From Nitrospirales bacterium (GTDB lineage Bacteria; Nitrospirota; Nitrospiria; Nitrospirales; UBA8639), in the NCBI GenBank assembly GCA_007570995.1, contig RKSG01000145.1, positions 15,181 through 79,180 on the forward strand: a stretch of DNA of 64,000 nucleotides. Direction: 5' to 3'. The notes under the pieces are model-generated. The model made no database searches and had not been told where the DNA came from. It was given only the letters and a program-made list of their open reading frames with translations. Made by a program: the position numbers and the translations under genes. Shown here piece after piece: positions 35,678 to 46,306 of the stretch (positions are counted from its first letter, which is position 1; each line of letters starts with the position of its first letter).

Positions 35678-37066
35678 ATGCCAGGTACGATCTGTATCGT
35701 TGATGATGAAATCGCCAATTTGAATGCCTTGGGTGCCACTCTAACCGATGAGGGATATGAGGTCTGTAAGGCACAAAGTGGCATGGAAGCGATGAAGGTC
35801 ATTCAAACGGAATCCCCGGATGTGGTGATCCTTGATATCTGGATGCCCCAACTCGATGGTCTGGAAGTGTTGGAACGCGTGAGACGGCAGTTTCCCCATA
35901 TCCTGGTGATCATGATATCAGGGCATGGCTCTGTTGACAGCGTGTTGAAAGCCATGAAACTGGGGGCATATGACTATGTGGAAAAACCGTTGGACATCGA
36001 AAAAATTGCCATTCTGGTTCGTAATGCCCTGCATCAACGCAAGCTGGAAGAGGAAAAACGCAAGCTGGAAGAGGAAAATCTCAATCTTCGCATTAAGGTT
36101 GAACGCCATTCGCAGCTGGTCGGGTCGTCGCCTGTCATGGAGAAACTCCGGCAGCAGATTGCAGCAGCAGCACCGGCGCACAGTCGCGTACTGATTTCCG
36201 GGGAAAACGGCACGGGGAAGGAGCTCGTGGCCAGGGCCATTCATTTGCAAAGCCCGCGGCGGGAGAATCCATTTGTGGAAATTAATTGTGCGGCTATTCC
36301 CGAAACCTTGATTGAATCGGAGTTATTCGGTCATGAACGCGGCGCGTTTACCGGAGCTGTGTCCCGGAAGCGGGGGAAATTTGATTTGGCAGATGGTGGC
36401 ACATTGTTTCTGGACGAAATAGGGGATATGAGTCTGGCCATTCAGGCTAAAGTCCTGCGTGTGTTGGAGGAGCAACAATTTGTCAGAGTCGGAGGGGGAA
36501 AACTGTTAAAGGTCAATGTCCGTGTGATTGCGGCCTCCAACAAGGACCTTCGCCAGGAAATTGAAGAGAAAAATTTTCGGGAGGATCTGTTCTATCGTCT
36601 GAACGTCCTGCCGATAGAGGTGCCGCCACTTCGTGCCCGGCGTGAAGATATTCCGGCCTTAACACGACATTTTTTAAAGATGCATGCGGAAGAGCAGGGG
36701 ATGAAGCCCAAAGAGATCACCCCTGGGGCCTTGGAGATGTTGGCGCGACATGACTGGCCGGGTAACATTCGAGAACTTCGCAACCAGATTGAACGCATTA
36801 TGATCATGGTTCCTCACGCCCTTATTGATGTTGATGACATGGTTCCGTTCATGCCCAAGGAGTTTGAAGCGAAGAGGAACAGTCAGGTTGGCAGACCTGA
36901 TTCCCTGCGTGATGCCAGGTACGCCTTTGAGCGTGAGTACATTGCGACCAGTTTACGGGAAAATGGGTGGAACGTGTCCAAGACCGCCGAGGCCCTGAAA
37001 GTTGAACGCAGTCATTTGCATCGTAAAATCAAATTCTTGAACGTGGAACTTCATCCAGAGCATTAA
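35678..37066 (+). CDS. ntrX: sigma-54-dependent response regulator (REC-AAA+-Fis HTH), NtrX-like
   Basis: REC (ICIVDDE...[10 protein letters not shown]), Walker A GENGTGKE, the sigma54-contact loop [15 protein letters not shown], and a C-terminal HTH ([21 protein letters not shown]). Confidence 0.85.
   Translation: MPGTICIVDDEIANLNALGATLTDEGYEVCKAQSGMEAMKVIQTESPDVVILDIWMPQLDGLEVLERVRRQFPHILVIMISGHGSVDSVLKAMKLGAYDYVEKPLDIEKIAILVRNALHQRKLEEEKRKLEEENLNLRIKVERHSQLVGSSPVMEKLRQQIAAAAPAHSRVLISGENGTGKELVARAIHLQSPRRENPFVEINCAAIPETLIESELFGHERGAFTGAVSRKRGKFDLADGGTLFLDEIGDMSLAIQAKVLRVLEEQQFVRVGGGKLLKVNVRVIAASNKDLRQEIEEKNFREDLFYRLNVLPIEVPPLRARREDIPALTRHFLKMHAEEQGMKPKEITPGALEMLARHDWPGNIRELRNQIERIMIMVPHALIDVDDMVPFMPKEFEAKRNSQVGRPDSLRDARYAFEREYIATSLRENGWNVSKTAEALKVERSHLHRKIKFLNVELHPEH
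36038..36079 (+). repeat. 21-bp tandem duplication (2 copies, 20/21 identical) inside ntrX
   Basis: cgcaagctggaagaggaaaaa followed by cgcaagctggaagaggaaaat, encoding [14 protein letters not shown] in the REC-AAA+ linker. Confidence 0.9.
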
Positions 37067-37093
37067 ATGTCATCATGATGTGAGAACACTTCG

Positions 37094-37729
37094 ATGCGTG
37101 TAATTCGGGTGGGTATTCTTGCCTCGGGGAGGGGGCGCAATCTTCAGGCCATTATTGATGAGGTTGAGGCTGGGACCGTGCCGGCTGAGATCGTGGTGGT
37201 CATTAGTGATAACCACAAGGCTCCGGCTCTGGAGCGTGCCAGGCTCCATGGCTTAGCGACCGTCTTTCTTGATCCGAAATCCGTGACGGATGCGGCACAC
37301 CCTCGACAGGCCTATGACCGGAAACTCTTGCAGGCTCTGAACAGGTATCAGGCCGAACTGGTGATTCTGGCAGGTTATATGCGCATCGTCTCATCGGTGC
37401 TTCTTGATGCCTATGCCTTACGTATGATGAATATTCATCCGTCGTTGTTGCCGAGCTTTCCCGGGCTTCGCGCTCAGCAACAGGCGTTGGACCATGGGGT
37501 GAGGATTTCCGGCTGCACCGTGCATTTCGTGACGGAAGGCGTGGACGAAGGGCCTATCATTCTGCAGAGAGCTGTGCCGGTGCATGAGGGAGATACTGTC
37601 GAGACTCTGTCTGAACGCATTCTCAACGAAGAGTGCCAGCTTCTACCCCAGGCTATCCGGTTGTTTGCAGAGGGACGGTTACACGTCACGGGAGGAACCG
37701 TCCATATACGCACAGGGAAACTGGCCTGA
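37094..37729 (+). CDS. purN: phosphoribosylglycinamide formyltransferase
   Basis: ILASGRGRNLQAII, LAGYMRI, NIHPSLLPSF.G and GCTVHFV...VDEGPII motifs. Confidence 0.93.
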   Translation: MRVIRVGILASGRGRNLQAIIDEVEAGTVPAEIVVVISDNHKAPALERARLHGLATVFLDPKSVTDAAHPRQAYDRKLLQALNRYQAELVILAGYMRIVSSVLLDAYALRMMNIHPSLLPSFPGLRAQQQALDHGVRISGCTVHFVTEGVDEGPIILQRAVPVHEGDTVETLSERILNEECQLLPQAIRLFAEGRLHVTGGTVHIRTGKLA

Positions 37730-37770
37730 TTGCAGGGGGAGGAAAGCTTTTGATAGAGTGCAAACCGTGT

Positions 37771-37846
37771 GGGGGGCTAGCTCAGTTGGGAGAGCACAAC
37801 GTTCGCAACGTTGGGGTCGGGGGTTCAAGTCCCCTGCCCTCCACCA
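37771..37846 (+). tRNA. tRNA-Ala (anticodon CGC), CCA encoded
   Basis: Hand-folded: acceptor GGGGGGC/GCCCTCC with the G3:U70 Ala identity pair, anticodon stem CAACG/CGTTG with loop TTCGCAA, T arm GGGGG-TTCAAGT-CCCCT. A possible promoter is TTGCAG (37730) -N18- TAGAGT (37754). Confidence 0.93.
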
Positions 37847-37906
37847 ATAACCGGTCGCGATGTGAAGAGCAGGCTGATGCAATGTCCGATGTAGGGAAGA
37901 GGACCC

Positions 37907-38128
37907 ATGGATACCCATCTTCGAAGCGTGGTCAAGGGCATTAGCTGGAGAATCCTGGCGACCTGTGTGACCACGGTCGTGGTCTTTCTGTACTCTGGAG
38001 AGTGGGCAATGGCGGCTTTTGTCGGCATGGTGGATGCAGTGGCCAAAATTGTGTTGTTCTGGGGACATGAACGCCTGTGGCAGCGTCTGACGTGGGGCCG
38101 TATTCTCCCGACAGTCTCTTCTCCCTGA
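37907..38128 (+). CDS. DUF2061 small membrane protein
   Basis: KGISWRILATCVTTVVVFLYSGEW...AKIVLFWGHERLW pattern typical of DUF2061. Confidence 0.7.
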   Translation: MDTHLRSVVKGISWRILATCVTTVVVFLYSGEWAMAAFVGMVDAVAKIVLFWGHERLWQRLTWGRILPTVSSP

Positions 38129-38316
38129 AGCGGTTGTCCTCGCTCATGGGCGGGGACCACGTTTCTCAACCCGTCTCATTTGATGACCATCCGGGATTTT
38201 TTTTGAGACTGTCGGAATTTTTTGAGAATACCCCTTGACAATGATGGAGTCGCGATGGTAGAGGGTAGTGTGTAAGACGAAGGTGTCTTAGGAAGACATG
38301 TTTCCGGGCAATGGGG

Positions 38317-38352
38317 CCCTCAGACCTTGGTGAGGTCTGGGGGTTTTTTTTT
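38317..38352 (+). terminator. strong intrinsic-terminator-like hairpin with T9 tail
   Basis: 10-bp stem CCCTCAGACC/GGTCTGGGGG (one G-U pair), a 7-nt loop, then nine consecutive T. It lies 190 nt after DUF2061 and 119 nt before the porin start. Confidence 0.6.
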
Positions 38353-38470
38353 GCTTGGGCATGTGAGATGGGGTGGGTTGTCCTTTCACGATACGAATGC
38401 TCACGTAGGAGGTGGTGTGGCATCGTTGTTTGTCTCTGATGACGAACGTTTGATGAAGGAGCGTCTGGCC

Positions 38471-39703
38471 ATGGCTCAACGGATTTCGACCGGAACCTGT
38501 TCTTGTGTCTTGAGTGTGACAGTTTTTTTGTGTGGCGTGCTGTTCGCCGATCTTGAACGCGGTGCCCTAGCGGAGGAAACAGCGGAAACGGAGGGGAGTG
38601 TGCTGTCGTTGGGGACAAAACTTAACCTTTCGCTGTCCGGTTATGTGGAAGCCTCGTACACACAAAACTTCAATAATCCCAAGGACGGCGTGAACCAGCA
38701 CCGGAGTTTTGACGGCGATGCCAATTCCTTTCGGCCCAATATGGCACAGATTGTCCTCGAACGAGCCGCCAAGACTCAGGGGAGCTGGAAAGATCGAACT
38801 GGATTCCGGGTTAAGCTGAACGTGGGGGAAGATGCTAAATTTACGGGTGGGGACGGCGGAGACGAGGAATTTGACTTCCAGGAAACCTATCTCCAGTTCG
38901 TGGCACCGATCGGAAACGGCATCACATTGCAGGCGGGGCGAATGAACACGCTGATCGGCTATGAAGTGATTGAAAGCCCTTTGAACCCGAATTTTTCCCG
39001 TTCCTTTTTGTTCGGCATGGGGGAGCCATTCACGGTGACGGGGGTGCGGGCTTCGTATGATTTTACCGACCAGGTCTCGTTTGCTGTCAGTGCCATCAAT
39101 TCCTTTACGGGATCGCAGGTCGATGAGAACAACAGTAAATCGGTCGAGGCACTGCTGGCGTATACTCCCATGGACAACGTGAGTGTTTCCCTGTTCGGAT
39201 TCTGGGGACCTGAAGGTGAGAGGAATACCAGTGATGAAACTGACCGCGTGCTGGTTGGAGGTATCCTTGACGTGCAGGTGACCGATCAGGCCGAGGTGGT
39301 TCTGGAAGGCTACTATGGCAATCGGGCGAATAATACACGTGGCATGAATGCCCGATGGAATGGCCTTGCGGGATATGTCATGTATGACTTCACCGATAGC
39401 TGGGGGCTCAGGGTACGCACGGAAGTGTTTGAAGATGCGGCAGGTGCCTTTGCTTGCGACGGATCAGGCGGGGCAGCCGGGAATGCTCTGCATTGTGCCG
39501 AAGGGTGGGAAGTGCGATATGATGACAACGGCGAACAAACCTTGTGGGAAACGACGTGGACGCTTCAATACAGGCCGGTCCAGGATTTTATCGCTCGTCT
39601 GGAGTACCGGTATGATAAATCCAACAAGGACTCGTTTTGGGATGGATCTGTGTATGGTAACAACCAGTCCACCCTGGCTGTGGAAGCGATCTACCTCTTT
39701 TAG
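38471..39703 (+). CDS. outer-membrane beta-barrel porin (OmpL-like/bbp2-type)
   Basis: GAAGGAG lies 8 nt before the ATG at 38471. There is a signal peptide, alternating beta-strand pattern, the LSGYVEASYTQNFNNP start motif, and a C-terminal ...LAVEAIYLF beta-signal ending in Phe. Confidence 0.75.
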   Translation: MAQRISTGTCSCVLSVTVFLCGVLFADLERGALAEETAETEGSVLSLGTKLNLSLSGYVEASYTQNFNNPKDGVNQHRSFDGDANSFRPNMAQIVLERAAKTQGSWKDRTGFRVKLNVGEDAKFTGGDGGDEEFDFQETYLQFVAPIGNGITLQAGRMNTLIGYEVIESPLNPNFSRSFLFGMGEPFTVTGVRASYDFTDQVSFAVSAINSFTGSQVDENNSKSVEALLAYTPMDNVSVSLFGFWGPEGERNTSDETDRVLVGGILDVQVTDQAEVVLEGYYGNRANNTRGMNARWNGLAGYVMYDFTDSWGLRVRTEVFEDAAGAFACDGSGGAAGNALHCAEGWEVRYDDNGEQTLWETTWTLQYRPVQDFIARLEYRYDKSNKDSFWDGSVYGNNQSTLAVEAIYLF

Positions 39704-39748
39704 GAACGTGGTGCGGGTGATTGATGCGGGACTGCACGTGCGGCATGA

Positions 39749-40150
<402 letters not shown>

Positions 40151-40223
40151 TCGGTTTTCCTGCAACTGTTTCTGTTCACCGGACAGCGCAACATGTTACG
40201 AACCTTTAAACCGAGGTAGAACC

Positions 40224-41525
40224 GTGAAGCAGTCAGCCTTTATATACGGGTGGTTGGCAGGGGTGATTGGCAGCTTGAGTTGTGGCATAGCGGATGGATG
40301 GGCACAGGACGGGGCAGCGGGGGCCATTGACACGGGAGATACGGCATGGATTCTGGTCTCGTCTGCCCTGGTGTTGTGTATGGTCTTGCCTGGGCTGGCG
40401 TTATTTTACGGAGGGCTTGTCCGGAGTAAAAATGTCCTCGGGACGATTATGCACACTGGCAGTATCCTGTGTCTTATCAGCCTCGTGTGGGTGCTGGTGG
40501 GCTATTCCCTGGCATTCGGCACCGACATGGGTGGCGTGATTGGCAGTCTCGAATTTATCGGGTTGCTGGGGGTTGGGGAGGAAGCCTGGTCGGGTACCGG
40601 CATTCCTCATTTGGTCTTTATGGTATTTCAGCTGATGTTTGCCGCGATCACCGTGGCCCTGATCACCGGCAGCTTTGCGGAGCGGATGAAATTTACGGCG
40701 CTGCTCCTGTTTGCTGTACTCTGGTCCGTCCTGGTGTATTCGCCTCTCGCCCACTGGGTGTGGGGCGGAGGGTGGCTCGCTGAGATGGGGGCACTGGACT
40801 TTGCCGGAGGAGCGGTCGTCCACGTCAGTTCCGGGTTCGGCGCGCTGGTGTGTGCGATTGTCCTGGGGCAGCGGAAGGGCCATGGGGTTGAACCCATGCC
40901 GCCTCATAATCTTCCCATGACAGTACTGGGAACAGGGCTGCTGTGGTTTGGATGGTTCGGGTTTAATGCCGGGAGTGCCCTGGGTGCCAATGGCGGGGCC
41001 GCGTCGGCCTTCGTGGCCACCCATATTGCAGCCTGTGCCGGTGGGCTCAGTTGGATGGTTGCGGAATGGGTTCGAAGTGGAAAACCCACCGTGCTTGGAT
41101 TGGCAAGTGGGGTCATCGCCGGGCTGGCCACGATTACGCCGGGAGCCGGTTTTCTGGGACCTTTGTCGGCTCTTGTTGTGGGATTGCTTGCCGGCGTGCT
41201 GTGTTATATGGCTGTCGTCTGGAAAACTCGGCTTGGGTATGATGACTCGCTCGACGTGGTGGGCATTCACGGAGTGGGCGGGTTCACCGGCATCGTCGCA
41301 ACAGGGTTGCTGGCTTCCGTTGGCGGGGCCACAGGGCTGTTTTTCGGAAATCCCGACCAGTTCGTGATTCAGCTGGTACTTGGCGTTGCTACGCTGCTGT
41401 TTGCCGTCGTGGGAACCTACATTATTTTGAAGGTCGTCGATGGGATTGTGGGTCTTCGGATTGCCCCGGAAGAGGAGACCATCGGTCTTGATTTGAGTCA
41501 ACATAACGAACGTGCGTATTCGTGA
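40224..41525 (+). CDS. amtB: ammonium transporter (Amt family)
   Basis: GTG at 40224 after GAGG. There is a signal-like N-terminus, and the Amt signatures DTAWILVSSALVL.M..PGLALFYGG, FAGG.VVH..SG and GV.G.HG.GG..G. Confidence 0.92.
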   Translation: MKQSAFIYGWLAGVIGSLSCGIADGWAQDGAAGAIDTGDTAWILVSSALVLCMVLPGLALFYGGLVRSKNVLGTIMHTGSILCLISLVWVLVGYSLAFGTDMGGVIGSLEFIGLLGVGEEAWSGTGIPHLVFMVFQLMFAAITVALITGSFAERMKFTALLLFAVLWSVLVYSPLAHWVWGGGWLAEMGALDFAGGAVVHVSSGFGALVCAIVLGQRKGHGVEPMPPHNLPMTVLGTGLLWFGWFGFNAGSALGANGGAASAFVATHIAACAGGLSWMVAEWVRSGKPTVLGLASGVIAGLATITPGAGFLGPLSALVVGLLAGVLCYMAVVWKTRLGYDDSLDVVGIHGVGGFTGIVATGLLASVGGATGLFFGNPDQFVIQLVLGVATLLFAVVGTYIILKVVDGIVGLRIAPEEETIGLDLSQHNERAYS

Positions 41526-41578
41526 CAGGCAATGTGACACAGGATTTCTGGAAATGTTCTCTGTGAAGGAGGTATGGA

Positions 41579-42988
41579 ATGAATCCGCGTGACGTCTTGG
41601 GTTTTGCGAAAAAAAACAAAGTAGAAATGGTCGACTTGAAATTTGTGGACCTGGTCGGGATGTGGCAGCATTTTTCCATCCCGATCTCGCAGTTGACGCT
41701 TGATGTGTTCAAAGACGGATCGGGGTTTGACGGCTCGTCCATTCGTGGCTGGAAGGTCATTCAAGAGAGTGACATGCTGGTGGTTCCCGATCCCAACACC
41801 GCCATACTGGATCCGTTTACCGTCGTGCCCACGCTCAGCCTGATCTGCGACGTGCGGGACCCGATTTCACAGGCTGTCTACGATCGCGACCCGCGTGGTG
41901 TGGCTCGTCGGGCGGAAGCGTATTTGAAAAGCACCGGGATAGGGGACATCTCCTATTGGGGGCCGGAAGCGGAATTCTTTACGTTTGATCATGCCAGTTA
42001 TCATCAGGACAGCCAGTCCGGGTATTACTTTATTGATTCGGAGGAAGGCATCTGGAATTCAGGAGAGGAAGGGCACAATCTAGGATCACGGCCTCGGCAT
42101 AAGGAGGGCTATTTCCCCGTTCCTCCCACGGACACCCAACAGAATCTCCGCTCTGAAATGGTCCGGGAAATGGAGAAAGCGGGGATTCAGGTTGAAAAAC
42201 ACCACCACGAAGTTGCGACCGCCGGACAGGCTGAAATTGATATTCGCTTTGACAGTCTGATGAATATGGCCGACAAAATGATGCTGTATAAATACATCGT
42301 CAAAAACGTCGCACGCCGCCATAACAAAACCGCGACGTTTATGCCGAAACCCCTGTTTCAGGACAATGGAACGGGGATGCATACTCACCAGAGTATCTGG
42401 AAAGACGGAAAACCGGCGTTTGCCGGTAAAGAATACGCCGGCGTTTCCAGAACCTGTTTGTATTACATCGGCGGCATTCTGAAACATGGTCGGGCCCTGA
42501 CAGCGTTCACCAATCCCACGACGAATTCCTACAAACGGTTGACCCCGGGATTTGAAGCTCCGGTGCTGCTGGCCTATTCCAGCCGGAATCGATCGGCGGG
42601 GATTCGGATTCCCATGTATTCGCCCAGTCCGAAAACCAAACGGGTTGAGGTGCGGTTCCCCGATCCGTCCGCCAACATGTACCTGGCATTCAGTGCACTG
42701 TTAATGGCTGGCCTGGACGGCATCAAGAAAAAAATTGATCCCGGCGATGCCGTGGACAAAAACCTCTATGATCTGGAATCAGATGAGGCAAAAAAAATCC
42801 CGACGCTGCCGTCGGATTTGGGCGAGGCACTGAAACATTTGGAGCAGGACCATCAATTCCTGTTACAGGGGGGCGTCTTCAGCCAGGATCTGTTGGAGTC
42901 CTGGATCGCCTATAAGCGGGACAAGGAAGTGGATCAGGTCCGGATTCGGCCTCATCCACACGAATTCTATTTGTACTATGATGTGTAG
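41579..42988 (+). CDS. glnA: glutamine synthetase type I
   Basis: GAAGGAGG before the ATG. Motifs include FDGSSIRGW, the ATP site KPLF.DNG(T/S)GMH, and the adenylylation-loop Tyr in DKNLYDL. Confidence 0.95.
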   Translation: MNPRDVLGFAKKNKVEMVDLKFVDLVGMWQHFSIPISQLTLDVFKDGSGFDGSSIRGWKVIQESDMLVVPDPNTAILDPFTVVPTLSLICDVRDPISQAVYDRDPRGVARRAEAYLKSTGIGDISYWGPEAEFFTFDHASYHQDSQSGYYFIDSEEGIWNSGEEGHNLGSRPRHKEGYFPVPPTDTQQNLRSEMVREMEKAGIQVEKHHHEVATAGQAEIDIRFDSLMNMADKMMLYKYIVKNVARRHNKTATFMPKPLFQDNGTGMHTHQSIWKDGKPAFAGKEYAGVSRTCLYYIGGILKHGRALTAFTNPTTNSYKRLTPGFEAPVLLAYSSRNRSAGIRIPMYSPSPKTKRVEVRFPDPSANMYLAFSALLMAGLDGIKKKIDPGDAVDKNLYDLESDEAKKIPTLPSDLGEALKHLEQDHQFLLQGGVFSQDLLESWIAYKRDKEVDQVRIRPHPHEFYLYYDV

Positions 42989-43024
42989 GGTAGTGGGCGA
43001 CAGTTCTGTAAGATCAGGATTCAT

Positions 43025-43065
43025 CAAGGGGGGGGGGCTGTGATCCAAGGACAGGCCCCCCCTTG
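43025..43065 (+). other. GC-rich stem-loop built from a G10 and a C7 homopolymer just after glnA
   Basis: CAA-G10-CTGT / ACAG-G-C7-TTG gives about 14 bp of pairing around a 9-nt loop. It is not followed by a T-run. Confidence 0.5.
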
Positions 43066-43267
43066 GTGGAGAGAATGACATGCCGCGATACACAAAGACT
43101 GTTTGTGCTTGCCTGTTGTAGATATTGGGCTTCGATCCACACCCCCGCCTGACCACTACACCCACACCTGTCCTTGCCGCGAAAGACCTGCCCTTGGTCT
43201 CTGGCCAGGGACCGGAATCCCTGTGTCTTTCGCTGTTTCCCGTCAAAGCTGATCTGTCATCCCGCAA

Positions 43268-43304
43268 GACCCGCCAAGTTGGCTTGCGAGGATGGAGCCG
43301 TCCG
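43268..43304 (+). other. 13-bp bulged hairpin in the glnA-clpB spacer
   Basis: CATCCCGCAAGACC / GGCTTGCGAGGATG pair, with two 1-nt bulges and a 9-nt loop. Confidence 0.5.
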
Positions 43305-43333
43305 GCTGGTTGTCTGTCATGTGACTGTTCTGG

Positions 43334-43353
43334 ATTCCTGCTTTCGCAGGAAT
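43334..43353 (+). repeat. REP-like perfect palindromic hairpin (ATTCCTGC-TTTC-GCAGGAAT)
   Basis: 8-bp perfect stem with a 4-nt loop. The minus-strand translation gives ..VIPAKAGIQ.., a peptide I associate with spurious ORFs over REP-type elements. Confidence 0.5.
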
Positions 43354-43646
43354 GACAAAACCTGAGCGACTCTTTCCCCGACGTCCTGACCTGTCGGTGA
43401 TCCGGCTGCTCGGTCTCGTGAGTGCCCCGGACACCTCTCCATGCCGGATATTAGACCCTGCTCGCTCGGATGTACGGTCGGACATCATCAACGGCTCCCA
43501 CTGGAACAGCCAATGTTCCACACAGCCTCAACACACCAGGCTTCTTATCCTGGACGCTGTCTGTCTTGATTTGATCACGGAGGTGGTTATCTGCTTCCAG
43601 ATGGAGAGGCAATGATGACCTGGAAACATGAGGAAGGGAGTCGGCA

Positions 43647-46244
43647 ATGATAGATATGAACCGTATGACATTACGAGTCCAGGAGGCATTGCAGTCGGCT
43701 TCGGTACTTGCCATGGGGCGGCATCATCAGGGAATCGATGTTGACCATGTCCTCATGGCTTTGCTGGAACAGTCTGACGGAGCGTCTGCTCCGATTCTGG
43801 AACAGGCCGGCGTCTCCATTGCCGCCGTGAAAGCAGAAGCCGAACGACAGCTGGCAAACATTCCTCGAGTCCAGGGCCCCGGAGCGGCTCCGGGGCAAGT
43901 GCATCTGACCCAACGCATGGCGACACTTCTTGACCTCGCAGAGAGAGAAAAACAGTCTCTGAAAGATGAATATCTGAGCGTCGAACATCTGTTGCTGGCC
44001 ATGGTGGCTCAGGGTGGCGTGTTGAATACCTTGGGAGTCACGCGAGAGAAACTGTTGGGCGGATTGCAGAAAATTCGCGGCCACCAACGAGTTACCAGCC
44101 AGGATCCCGAAGGCACATATCAGGCGCTGGGGAAATATGGCAAGGATCTCACCATGCTGGCGGGACAGGGCAAGCTGGATCCGGTCATCGGTCGTGACGA
44201 GGAAATTCGACGGACGATTCAGATTTTGTCGAGACGGACGAAAAATAATCCGGTGCTGATTGGCGAGCCGGGAGTCGGGAAGACGGCCATCGTGGAAGGA
44301 TTGGCCCAACGGATTGTGAAGGGTGATGTTCCGGAAGGGTTGAAACAGAAACGCGTGGTGGTCCTGGACATGGGGGCCCTGGTGGCAGGGGCCAAATTTC
44401 GAGGAGAGTTTGAAGAGCGGTTGAAGGCCGTGTTGAAAGAAATTCAGGCATCCGGCGGTCATATTCTGCTCTTTATTGATGAACTGCATACCGTCGTGGG
44501 TGCAGGAGCGGCAGAGGGATCCATGGATGCGGCCAATTTGCTCAAGCCCATGCTCGCCAGGGGCGAATTGCATCTGATCGGCGCGACCACACTGGATGAA
44601 TATCGCAAGCAGATTGAAAAAGACGCTGCACTGGAGCGTCGTTTTCAGCCCGTGTTTGTCGAGCAGCCATCGGTGGAGGACACAATTTCAATTCTTCGAG
44701 GACTGCGGGAACGCTATGAAGTTCATCATGGGGTGCGGATTAAAGATGCCGCCCTGGTTGCGGCTTCGCGGTTGTCTCATCGGTATATTGGCGACCGGTT
44801 TCTTCCGGACAAAGCCATTGACCTGATTGATGAGGCGGCGGCTCGACTTCGCACGGAAATCGAGAGTTTGCCTGCCGAACTGGATGAAGTATCGCGGAAG
44901 GTCATGCAACTGGAAATCGAACGGGAGGCGCTCAAGAAGGAAGATGACCTGAGCAGCAAATCCAGACTGGAAACACTGGAGGGCGAGCTTGAAGGCAAAC
45001 GACACACCCTGGCCGAATTGAACACACAATGGGAGGCAGAGAAAGCCGCCGTTGGGCGATTGCAGCAAATCCGGCAGCGCATTGAAGATCTCAAGCCTCA
45101 GATTGAGAAGGCCGAGCGTGAATATGATCTCAATCGCGTGGCGGAACTGCGATATGGGACGCTGCCCCGGCTGGAACGGGAGCTTCAGGATGAGGAGGCC
45201 CAGCTTGATCGAACCGAAGGGAAGCCGCGTCTTCTCAAAGAGGAAGTTGACGAAGAAGACATTGCGGAAGTCGTCAGCCGATGGACGGGTATTCCCGTCA
45301 GCCGGCTTCTCCAGGGAGAAATGGAAAAGCTTCTGCACTTGGGGGATACGCTGCACACACGTGTCGTGGGCCAGGAAGAGGGCGTCCGGGCAGTGGCTGA
45401 TGCGGTACTGCGGGCGAGATCCGGTATCAAGGATCCCAACAGACCCATTGGATCGTTTCTGTTCCTTGGCCCGACCGGCGTAGGGAAAACGGAATTAGCA
45501 CGGGCCCTGGCTCAGACCCTCTTTGATGATGAAGCTAATCTGGTGCGGCTCGATATGTCGGAATATATGGAGAAACATACGGTCTCGCGACTTCTTGGCG
45601 CTCCGCCAGGCTACATTGGATACGAACAAGGTGGGCAATTGACCGAGGCGGTGCGGCGACGTCCTTTTTGCGTGATTCTGTTGGACGAAATCGAAAAGGC
45701 TCACCATGATGTGTTCAATATTTTACTGCAGGTCCTGGATGACGGCCGGTTGACCGATGCCCGTGGCCGCACCGTTGATTTCAAAAATACGGTGCTGATT
45801 ATGACGTCGAACATCGGCAGTCAGGAAATCCTGGATGCCCAGCAACGGGGCCAGACATATGAAGCCTTGCAGGCACTGGTCGCCGATGAGGTCAAGCGCT
45901 GTTTCCGTCCTGAATTTCTAAACCGGGTTGATGAAACCGTCGTGTTCCATCCATTGAATGCAGAAGAGCTGGGTCGAATCGTGGACATTCAACTGGCTCG
46001 TGTCAGGGACAGGTTGCAAGATCGACGAATCCGTTTAGTGGTAACCGACGAAGCCCTGTTGAATCTGGGACGACGAGGCTACAACCCCATGTATGGTGCC
46101 CGGCCATTGAAACGGTTGATCCAGCATGACGTGGAAACGCCATTGTCGAAGCTCCTGGTCAAGGGGGACGTGGTGGACGGAGACACGGTCACCGTTGATT
46201 GTAAGAATGATCAGGTCATGATCGTTCCCACCGGTCGGCACTGA
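43647..46244 (+). CDS. clpB: ATP-dependent chaperone ClpB
   Basis: Clp N domain, two AAA+ modules ([15 protein letters not shown]; [15 protein letters not shown]), and a long coiled-coil M-domain between them. 865 aa. Confidence 0.95.
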   Translation: MIDMNRMTLRVQEALQSASVLAMGRHHQGIDVDHVLMALLEQSDGASAPILEQAGVSIAAVKAEAERQLANIPRVQGPGAAPGQVHLTQRMATLLDLAEREKQSLKDEYLSVEHLLLAMVAQGGVLNTLGVTREKLLGGLQKIRGHQRVTSQDPEGTYQALGKYGKDLTMLAGQGKLDPVIGRDEEIRRTIQILSRRTKNNPVLIGEPGVGKTAIVEGLAQRIVKGDVPEGLKQKRVVVLDMGALVAGAKFRGEFEERLKAVLKEIQASGGHILLFIDELHTVVGAGAAEGSMDAANLLKPMLARGELHLIGATTLDEYRKQIEKDAALERRFQPVFVEQPSVEDTISILRGLRERYEVHHGVRIKDAALVAASRLSHRYIGDRFLPDKAIDLIDEAAARLRTEIESLPAELDEVSRKVMQLEIEREALKKEDDLSSKSRLETLEGELEGKRHTLAELNTQWEAEKAAVGRLQQIRQRIEDLKPQIEKAEREYDLNRVAELRYGTLPRLERELQDEEAQLDRTEGKPRLLKEEVDEEDIAEVVSRWTGIPVSRLLQGEMEKLLHLGDTLHTRVVGQEEGVRAVADAVLRARSGIKDPNRPIGSFLFLGPTGVGKTELARALAQTLFDDEANLVRLDMSEYMEKHTVSRLLGAPPGYIGYEQGGQLTEAVRRRPFCVILLDEIEKAHHDVFNILLQVLDDGRLTDARGRTVDFKNTVLIMTSNIGSQEILDAQQRGQTYEALQALVADEVKRCFRPEFLNRVDETVVFHPLNAEELGRIVDIQLARVRDRLQDRRIRLVVTDEALLNLGRRGYNPMYGARPLKRLIQHDVETPLSKLLVKGDVVDGDTVTVDCKNDQVMIVPTGRH

Positions 46245-46306
46245 ACACGTTCTCCACTGTCTTGCTTCCGGGGCACGTTGCCGTGAGGGAAGGGGCATTG
46301 ACCCGG

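Noticed and set aside
40401-41540. 379-aa minus-strand ORF antisense to the ammonium transporter
   Set aside because: It has Pro/Gly/His/Arg-rich, non-protein-like composition and lies fully inside a gene with unmistakable Amt motifs. This is the typical long antisense ORF of GC-rich DNA.
43127-43138. GGGCTTCGATCC resembling a tRNA T-arm in the glnA-clpB spacer
   Set aside because: The flanks cannot form a T stem, an acceptor stem or an anticodon arm. It is not a tRNA or a tRNA fragment that I can fold.
43671-44573. 300-aa minus-strand ORF antisense to clpB
   Set aside because: The opposite strand encodes the canonical ClpB N-domain and AAA+ module. The antisense translation has no motifs.
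45495-45501. TTAGCAC (CIRCE half-site) in the heat-shock gene clpB
   Set aside because: It is inside the coding sequence and has no GAGTGCTAA partner 9 nt away. It is a chance match.
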